DNA of 64,000 bases from Eledone cirrhosa (lineage: Eukaryota). Within the stretch, counting starts at the first letter, position 1. Each line of letters begins with the position of its first letter. A program made the translations under genes and the position numbers. Shown one piece after another: positions 54,800 through 64,000 of the stretch. The notes beneath the pieces were generated by a model. That model was not told where the DNA came from and did not search any database. It was given only the letters and a program-made list of their open reading frames with translations. The DNA is taken from NCBI GenBank assembly GCA_964016885.1, contig OZ024740.1, forward strand, positions 68,758,001 through 68,822,000, written 5' to 3'.

Positions 54800-54857
54800 T
54801 ACTGCTATATATATTTCGATGATAGCCTTTGAATGGCTATGACCTCATCAGGCAGTA
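54800..54857 (-). ncRNA. Type I hammerhead ribozyme (intact)
   Basis: TACTGC-CTGATGA-ggtcATAGCC..GGCTATcatc-GAAA-TATATA-TA-GCAGTA, followed by AATAAA. Confidence 0.85.
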
Positions 54858-55155
54858 GTCAGTTCTTAGATATGCCTGCTCTGTGTTTATGGTGTTGATG
54901 GTATCAGAGCCTTGGGACATATGAGCTTGTTAGGGATAATTTAATGTTGTCAGCAGGAATAAACTTAATTCTCATTGGTCAGTTTTTAGATGCTAGTATT
55001 TGACCCCAAAGAGGCAGGTGGTGTTGTAAAGTTCAAACCGTCAGGCAAGATGACAATAGTTCCATATGACTGATTTTCACAAAAAGCATTCCTGGTCAGA
55101 TATATATTCAATTGAGTTTTATAGTATGAAATTAGATACTACAGGTCAATCTTAA

Positions 55156-55450
55156 ATTGAGGAATTTATGTGGGATGGTACTACTGAAAATGATGGTTAC
55201 AGTCGAATACTAGAAAGTTTACATATAAAAAGACTTATGTTGGTTGACTTGCACATACACTCACACCCACCCCCACAGGCACACACACACATCCACATAT
55301 AAAAATTGAGGAATTTATGTGGGGTGGTAATACTGAAAATTATGGTTAGAGTCAAATACTTAGAAAGTTTACAAATAAAAAGACTTATGTAGGTTGACTT
55401 GTACATACACTCACACCTACCCCCAAAGACACACACACACACATCTACAC
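55156..55450. repeat. Tandem duplication of a ~145 bp unit
   Basis: AAATTGAGGAATTTATGTGGG...CACACACAC occurs twice. Confidence 0.85.
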
Positions 55451-58027
55451 ACACAAATCCATACAGGTGTGTATATATATGTATGTACGCACAAGTGCAT
55501 ATATATATACAACAGAGGCCCCCAAATCCAAGTATAGGCAGACATAAAACCAGGTGGGTGTTATTTTTAAAGAAAAGTAAAGTCGGTGTTTGGAAAAGTT
55601 ATTATTTAGACTAGACAAAAGTAGAGTGTGATATATATATCTTCACAGCAATAGCTTGGAGGCTTTGGAGCTTAGGCGAATCCCTTAGTACAGACATATA
55701 TAGGTACACTCACCCACCCACACTTGTATACCTCTGAAAGCGTGTGTATGTTTATATACACATGTACACTCATACAAGAGAGCATATACAAATATACTCT
55801 TAAGCATACACTCGAACATTTTTCAAATGCAACCTGGTGTATTAGTATTTCGTTGCGTTCACATGAGTGTGTACATTCACGTAATCCCATGCGTATAGGG
55901 TTAGTACATTAGGATAATTGCTCTTCCTGTGTGGGCCACTCCCGTAGGAGGGGGTTCCTCAGGTTCAATAAACGTGGTTTTGCTGACTCCTAACCAGTAG
56001 AGGATCCGGTGGACAATCCACCGTAGGGACTACAGACTATGGGGGGTGTTGTTGCCGATTGGTCATTGGTACGGGGTGTAAGGGACCTACAGGGGGGGGG
56101 GGGGCGTTGTGGGAGGCCATAACCGGCGTTTTTCCATATAGCTTGAGGAAAGTTCCAGTCCATAGGGGTGTGCATGCGCTGAATAAGTCTGTTTAATAGC
56201 TTGGTTCCGCCATGAAGTATCTCGAGTGTCTCACTAAGACAGAGGTTGCAAATACCAGACCCAGTCTGTCTGGGGGAACCTTTCTAACCACGGACCAGAC
56301 CAGAGAGTGCGGGCTCTTTTCAAGTTTGAGATTCCAGATCAATTCAGAAAGGGCCGTTCCTCTTTTCTATTCTGTTAGGAATCGTGATGGTTATACCACT
56401 TATCCTTGAAGCTCTCGCCGTGAATCCTATGTAGTGGTGCACCGAGTTAGGGGTTGTGACCTAGCACCTGTAGACTACGTTTTTCGTCATGCATTCATGA
56501 ATAAGGGAGCATAGTGACGGCTCTCTGCAATTGCATGACTTCTTAAGCTCCTGCACATGTACCGCGTGGTTACCATCACTCGGGGTTGGCTGGGTAGCCG
56601 CCGCAATCAGCAGGGTTGTTGGGTTCCGCTGTGCTAGTTGGGCCGGTCCGGGGTCTGGTGCGTCCCGCGTGTTGGTTCCGCTGGGTGGCTCCGGGGTTTA
56701 CGGTGGTATTAGAGGCAGTGAACCTATCCCTATTTATGCCGGCTAGGTTCTGGGCTACGAAGCATATGGTTGAGTAGGAAAGTTACACCGCGTACCTGTT
56801 CAATATGTATGGTACTTGTGGGCCCTAGGGAAACATTTATCCAGTACTCTAAAGTATGTTCTAGCCAGGCTGGTACGTCGACCCACCGAGTACGGTGGGT
56901 TATACCATGTGAACTTCCTGGTCCTATTCTTGCGGGGTTGTTGGGTGTCCACCGTGGTCCATCGCGGGGTTGTGCAGACCTCGGGTCGAGCTCGGTTGGT
57001 GTCACTCATGTGTGCGGAGCTGTCACTATATTATATGTGCCCACCGTGGGGCTATAAACCTGCGCGATGCGGCCTCCCTGCTTAATGAGGGTTCGGCGGG
57101 TGGTGGGGCCGGTGCAGGGGTGCCTATGCTCCGCACTGCAGTGGTCTTCAGCGTTGTAGGTATTAGACCGGTGGGGTACGCGGGCCCTTCTACCGGGGGT
57201 GGTGACGGATAAGAGTCTGGGAGTGTTACTACTGGTCACCGAGGTATTAGGTGGAAGCTCATGCCCCTGAGGGTATTGGCCAGGGGCACCCTTGGGTCAT
57301 CTCGATCATGTACCTTAGGATTATAGCTGATCCTATGGCTGTGGGATGCCTTAGCTAGCGCTGAGTTATAGTAATCAGCACTACTATTGAAGATCTCTTT
57401 ATTGGCAGACAAGTTAGAGATTCTGTCAGAGACACTCTTAACTATGACCTTAACTATAGATCTAGGGTGATTGGACTCAGCGTTGATATACACCAGCTTC
57501 TCATTGGGTTTATAATATGGGTGGTGTAGCTTGGTGTTGAGGTTGAGGGTGGTGTCCAGGAAATATGGTCCCGATGGAACTCAAGTATAGACTACTCGAT
57601 TCAATGAAAAGCCATCACTATGTCCAAGCCATACGCAAGGGGAAATCCGTCGTGCGGACTATGTATTGATGAATGAATAACTATTCTAAAGAAGTTACGC
57701 AATAGCGATTGCCTAAAGAGAAAATGAATTCTTCACACGTTGTCCACACGTCTGGAAACACCTCTTACATAACAACAAATCTCTGGATTGAATTACAGCA
57801 ACATCCTAATTGTCTTATCAACTAGAAACTATCGGACTTCCGCAGTTATCTCCCTTACGCTTCTCCACGCAATTTAGTATTACCCGGGTGAAGTGACCGT
57901 TTCTGCGCATGCGCGATCGTATAGTTGTCCTTCCTGTTCCGTATAACCATGTCCATTACGAGTTGAGGATCCTTTAATGTGAAACAATTGTTCCCGGTAT
58001 GGTAAACTACCCGTTGTGTAACCACTT

Positions 58028-58064
<37 letters not shown>

Positions 58065-58277
58065 TTTACTAATAATAATTAATTTGAAGACTAAACTCCA
58101 AAGAGGGCTCGATAAGTATAAATATATATCAGATTGACTTTGTTCCTTTCAGAAGATCCCGTAAAGGGTGAAAGCTGCGATTCTTTGCTTAAACTTTAAT
58201 CTTTTATTTTAATAAATATATATATATATATAAAATACGTAGTTAAGAAAGTCACAACAATACAGAGGGAAATCTCG

Positions 58278-58321
<44 letters not shown>

Positions 58322-58325
<4 letters not shown>

Positions 58326-59425
58326 TAAAACGTGTCTATAGAATTAATTAGATATTAAAATATATACTATTTCTTCCTCTAATCAGCATAATTAACCATA
58401 TACATAATCAAATCCAGCAAGCTTTAAGGGTAAATTTTCTAACTGGGAAATCTCCGACAAATAATTGATCGCAGCCAGTTCGCGTTAACTCCGTTCCATT
58501 ATTTATCAAACACTTCGGCAGCATGCAGAATCCGATCAAACATATCGTCAACCGCACGTAATTAGTAGTAAAATTAAACTTAGAAGAAATGCGCACATAC
58601 CGTAATTATATCTCGACCATGGTTTCTTCCTTGTTTAGGACATCCAAATAATATGGACTGTCCCGAGTCAGGATTATCATCAGGAGTCAAACTCAGAAAT
58701 AGACATTTAATTTCTCGGACAGAACCTGCCAAATTTAGATTAAAAAATTGCTAAGATCGCTATGTAGCTGTGTACCAGCCAGAGAGAAAGCGTGTGATTG
58801 GTCGCTTACGGCGGGTAGGCATGCTGCTAGAAAGCGCAGCCATATATCGCCAAATTTAATCTCAACCGATAGGGAGATTATTAAATATAGAGGTTATCAC
58901 ATACATAAAATTAGATTAAATTAAATCAATGATACATATATGTGTTGCAACTGTTCACTTTTAAGCTCAATGAAGAATTAATAAGTTAAAATAAAAAAAT
59001 CAGAGCATTATATCATAAAACGTGTCTATAGAATCAATCAGATATTAAATGGTCGAGATATAATTACGGTATGTGCGTATTTCTTCTAAGTTTAATTTTA
59101 CTACTAATTACGTGCGGTTGACGATATGTTTGATCGGATTCTGCATGCTGCCGAAGTGTTTGATGAATAATGGAACGGAGTTAACGCGAACTGGCTGCGA
59201 TCAATTATTTGTCGGAGATTTCCCAGTTAGAAAATTTACTCTTAAAGCTTGCTGGATTTGATTATGTATATGGTTAATTATGCTGATTAGAGGAAGAAAT
59301 AGTATATATTTTAATATCTGATTGATTCTATAGACACGTTTTATGATATAATGCTCTGATTTTTTGATTTTAACTTATTACTTCTTCATTGAGCTTAAAA
59401 GTGAACAGTTGCAACACATATATAC
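58322..59425. mobile_element. Compound inverted-repeat pLTR-like structure with hammerhead
   Basis: 58322-58620 is the reverse complement of 59050-59348, and 58935-59048 of 59308-59420. Minus-strand hammerhead CTC-CTGATGA...GAAAC-CATG-GTC-GAG at 58612-58686. Confidence 0.8.
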
Positions 59426-59435
59426 ATATATATAT

Positions 59436-60483
59436 CCAGTGGGTGTAACTAGGAGTTACTGCAGGTTCACCCGGGTGAGCACTCGATGTTTAGGTTCACT
59501 TCTGTGATGATGTGTAGAGCTATACTGAGTGTAATATATAGAAAGGATAAAAAGGATGTTTGATTATTCCTTCATTGCATTTATTGATAGGTGACACGCG
59601 TTTCGCCACTGATCAGCTCAAGATTCGCTCTATATCGATCCTACCCGACTCAATAATCTGCAGCTCGACGGACCCTCTTAAAATGCTATAAGAAAATGAA
59701 ATACATGTTATGTGGTAAAGTCAGAGTTTCAAGAGTTTGACAAAATGAGATATTTTGATTGGTGAGAAGGATCAAGGCGATGTACTGGCCTGTAGTGTAT
59801 ATGGGGGTGGGTGTGATGGTGAGATGTTGGTGACGGTCTGTGGATGGGGTGGGCTGTGGTGTGGTGGTGGCTGTGGGTTGGCCTTGGCGTGTAGAGTATG
59901 TGGGGGTGGATGTGATGATATGGTGGTGGTTAAGGTTATTTAGTGGGATGGGCTGTGGTATGAGATTAGTGGATTGTCAGTAGACGGGTTGGCGTGTGGG
60001 TGGGGGTGTGGTAGTGGTGACTTTGTCTATGGTAGCGGCGTTTGTGGTGGTGTGGTGGATGTATTGGTGGCGTCAGTTCCTTAAATAGATACATAGTTAG
60101 ACGCTCTTCATCTGACAGATACCTTGTATATACGTATACGTACACACATACCTGTATATATGTGCACATATATAGTAGTATAAACACACACAACATAAAA
60201 CACATACGCACATCCTTGCCCACACATATCGGCATACGCTCACACACAGCCATAGGTATGTGTACACACATGTATGTGCATGCGCGCATGCGGGAACGAA
60301 TATGGAGAGTGGGGTAGTATCGGTGGGGTTGGCAAACGACAGAGATGGGGGAAGGTGAGAGGCGATGTAGAAGGTGTTTTACATATATACATACACATAC
60401 ATACACATGGGCATGGGCACATGGACTCACACTCATGTATGCAAGATATACACATACACACGTATACTCACACACATATATAT

Positions 60484-60537
<54 letters not shown>

Positions 60538-63083
60538 ACACACACATGTACCGTCAACACACACATACACGCACATATACACATACATGCACATATATGA
60601 GCTCACCTACACATACAGTCAGATTTACCCATATACATATATGTAGACGTACACATACACACACATACATATATACACATACATATATATATACACATAC
60701 ATATATATATACACATACATAGACATATGTATACACATGTATTCACATACACACACACATTCAGATACATTTGCGTACACGCACGCACACTTAAAACCCC
60801 CGTATGAGTAAAATACTTACACACAGACACACACACTATTGTTGGTTGGGGAGTAGAGGTATGGTTTGTCGGTGTTGATGAAGTATGGAGTTGTGTTTGT
60901 GGTGGTGGTGGTTGAGTTGTGAGGGACAAAAATATATATACCGGATCGAATACCGGTTAAAAGGTGACATAGGGAACGCGGGGGAAAAGCGTTTATGGAC
61001 GTACGGCGATGTGAGTTGTGGACATGGTGATGGTGGTGGTGCTGGGGTGATATGTTCGGCAAGATGATTACATGATTATAGGTTACGGTGTGTTATATGG
61101 TAGACAGACGGGGTGTGTGGGGTATATAATACAGTCGATTTGGGAGCGAGGGATGATATGTGTTGAGGGTGTAATGATAATGATTGTTGAAATATGTGGA
61201 TATATTTAGTGGTGGCGGTGGTTGTGTGTGCGTGCGACAGTACAGTTACAGGGTCGAATTTAGCGTGGGGTTGCAGGTTAGGATAGATAGGGGGAACATG
61301 GGGGGATGAGGATGTAGGCGTGTATGGTATGCACATGACGATGTGTGGTGTGGTGGTGGTGGCGATAGTGTGATATGATCGACATTGTATCCACAAGGTC
61401 CCTTGTCATTGTGGATTGCAATGTAGAACGTATCATATGGTATCGATTTAACACGATGTTGCAACTATGAGGTGTGTATGTTGATGTAAATTTTGGTGGT
61501 GGTGATATACAAATGGGGGCTTAGAGATGGTAACATGGAGTACAATACAATAAGTTCAAAAAGGTGGGCGAAGTTGAGACGGGGTATAGGTGGTTGTTAA
61601 TATGGTGTGTCATGGTTAGTGTGATTTTTGGTGTGGGTTATGTATGCGGCATTATATACAAAATAAGGGCTTACATATGGTTAAATTCAATGAAATGAAA
61701 TAAGATAAAGTGAAGTTAGATTTGAATTAAAGTTCGTTGAGTTGGGCGATGGTGATACGGGGCAGGTGTGGTTATTATGGTGGGTCATGGTTAGTGCGTG
61801 GTCTTCCCGCGAAAGTTTGTGCAGTAAAGGTGTGCATCCTAGGTTGTCTGCAATTGACAATTATGTCCGACCTATAGTTTATGGCGGAATCAAGTTTAAT
61901 TATTTCCGCCGCCTCAGCTAGGCACAATCTGCAGTGGTTTTTGTCACTGGGGATGTATGCCACACGTCTTTTTACTGACCACGAGATCCGGGGTTCAATA
62001 TTCCTGTCCTTGAGGTCCCAGATCAGATCGGCCAGTTTTGTTTGGGGTCGTTTCGATCTATGTTTGAAGGAGCTGCTGTGGTTATACCAGCGCTCCTTAA
62101 ACGTAGTGGATGTCGCACCTATATATGAGTACTCCTTATTGCCGGCAGTGACATCGCACCGGTAAACAATATTCTTAACGAGGCACTCCCCGTTTAGTGG
62201 GCATTCGTCTCGTTTTTTGCAGTTGCATTTGGGAGTAACCGGTGCGGTGCAACGTTGGCGGTTGGTGTCGTGCGGTGTTGGTGTGGTGTGTGTGTTGTTG
62301 TGTTGTGTTGTGTGTGTGGTTTCGTTCTGGGTTGTGGTGGTGGTTTGTTGGGGGGAAACCATGTGTTTTCGTATTTTTGCCCTATTATTGTGTGCTATTG
62401 TGTGGCCTAGGTTTGGTGCTGTGGAGAAAGAGAATTTTACTGTGTTTATTGAAGAGCTTGTGGTATTTGTGTGTGTGGAAAAGATTGTTCGAGGGCCCTG
62501 AAATTGGTTCCCGGTATGTTAGTGGCGACGTGTATAGAATAGGGGGAGTTATACCACGTGACAAGTCTACTTCGGTTTATGCGTTGTTTAGTGAGTTTGT
62601 GTGTTTTGGTCAGGCGTCTGTTACAAATAGGTTCCAGGTAATCTATTGGCGTTATGTTCCTTGTCTCTATTGGTACGCAAACGTGTGCGATAGTCGGAGT
62701 TGTTATTGGGGCTGGAGAGTATGGCTTTATCTCCTAGACAGTTATGTGTGGTGCTGTCTACGCTGCCGGCTAGGGGGCGTCTAAGGTTATTGTGTGTCCT
62801 ATATGTGGAGGTTTCTTCTAAGTTCGTTTCTAAGTGTCCTGCTATGTTTAGCTGTGTTGCGGTTCTATTAGGGTTGATGTAAGAAATATTCTCAGTATAA
62901 CCAGCGTTTATAAGTGCGGAGTCATAGTATTCCTCGTGCTGCTTGAAGATGTTTTCGTTGGTCGACAGTGTGGACACTCTATTGGAGACACTTTTAACTA
63001 TAGAGTTAATTATGCTCTTAGGGTGATTGGAGTGTCTATTGACGTATCTAAGATTTTCATTAGGTTTGTGGTATGGACGGTAG
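59436..63083 (-). mobile_element. 5'-truncated Penelope-like element (Naiad-like) with ~2.3 kb 3'UTR
   Basis: YRPYHKPNENLRYVNRHSNHP, WYNSPYS and ORF 61775-62362 with CNC..CPLNGECL.KNIVY..YIG..FKERWYNH..CRLCLAE. GAAACGCGTGTC + AATAAA near 59580-59605. Confidence 0.88.
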
Positions 63084-63313
63084 AGAATACACAAACGACT
63101 TAGGTACATCTTTAAGACCCAAGGTTTAGCAGTAGAAATTAAACCCAACAATAGGACAGTTAAATTCTTAGACGTCACCCTAGAATTAGACTCTACCGTC
63201 CATACCACAAATCTAATGAAAATCTTAGATACGTCAATAGACACTCCAACCACCATAAGAGCATAATTAACTCTATAGTTAAAAGTGTCTCCAACAGAGT
63301 GTCCACACTGTCG
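63084..63313 (+). mobile_element. Inverted RT fragment of the same PLE
   Basis: The + strand encodes IFKTQGL..VKFLDVTL. 63192-63313 is the reverse complement of 62962-63083. Confidence 0.8.
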
Positions 63314-63409
63314 GATTGTGTGGATTTGTATATTTCTCTGTATTTTCCTGTGTTTTTGTTTGCTTCTCTGTTTCCTATTCTGACCACAGTTATTGTGTTG
63401 TAGGAGGAG

Positions 63410-63900
63410 GTGACACAATGTCACCCATGTTTTCTATTAATGATTTGTTTAATCTTTATTATGTGTGAGGCCTCCGTAATTTGTCTGAGCGTTGTGTATG
63501 TTCAATGTGATCTATTGAGCTTCTATTTTCAATTGTACCATTTTGTTATGACACTATCGAAATTTTCTTCTTTTTGACTTCTCGCCAGTGTTCATTTATC
63601 CATGCATACTATGCTACGGGTTGTCTCATCTATATATGATGTCATGTTTCTCCCTGTCCCTCTGTACAATTTATCTTATTAGCTGCATTCCAATATATGC
63701 AGTTTGCTTTCGGGTTTACCTTACACACTAAACGATTGCTATCAGTACAGGTGTTTTCTTAAAAAGTGTATGTTATGCTGATCAGAGATTTATGGAGTGG
63801 GTTCAAATCATTATTTTAATGATTGTTCGTCGGCTGATTCCTATCCGCTGGCATATCAGTGTTTCTATGTTATGCACTCATCTAATTCAATGCTTATACT
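63410..63900 (-). mobile_element. Decayed GIY-YIG fragment of a different PLE
   Basis: SYIDETTRS..EHWR..RQITEASHI motifs across broken frames. Confidence 0.5.
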
Positions 63901-64000
63901 TTAATCTCCCTAAATTATTAACTAACAATGTTACTGAATTACGATAATATATTTCGAATGAAAGTTACTACTATTTTAAAATGATTTTGTACATATTCAA

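Larger units (their letters stand above)
54755..57563 (-). mobile_element. 5'-truncated Penelope-like element (Naiad-like)
   Basis: FLDTTL, SNHP..SVSDRISNLS, WYNPPYS, CNCR..CMTKNVVYRC..HYIG. A hammerhead lies at 54800. Assigning 54755-55900 to its 3'UTR/pLTR is an inference. Confidence 0.8.

Noticed and set aside
58408-59261. Two near-identical 62-aa ORFs on opposite strands
   Set aside because: By-product of the inverted repeat. No recognisable protein features.
59580-59690. Hammerhead in the pLTR of the 59436-63083 PLE
   Set aside because: Only GAAAC-GCGT-GTC is evident and no matching core was found, so it is not listed as an RNA feature.

Overview
AT-rich eukaryotic DNA dense in (TA)n/(CA)n microsatellites. 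The repeat landscape suggests an octopus or other cephalopod, but this is an inference. Only one host coding exon is recognisable: the terminal exon of a heparan sulfate 3-O-sulfotransferase (24837-25458, +). Its upstream exon was not seen, so most of 1-24836 is probably intron. The rest is mostly retroelements. These are three Penelope-like elements (RT + GIY-YIG, resembling the Naiad clade), a decayed RTE LINE and non-autonomous derivatives, Tx1/L1-like LINEs, R4/Dong-like fragments and tRNA-derived SINEs. The most striking hidden structure is a population of more than 15 type-I hammerhead-ribozyme motifs from about 10 unrelated families. Most lie in short, non-coding fold-back (palindromic) pLTR-like units embedded in (TA)n tracts. 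Several of these units share a 3' ACTC...GAGTGC hairpin, and their inverted arm ends just before it. All motif and alignment calls were made by eye, so boundaries are approximate.
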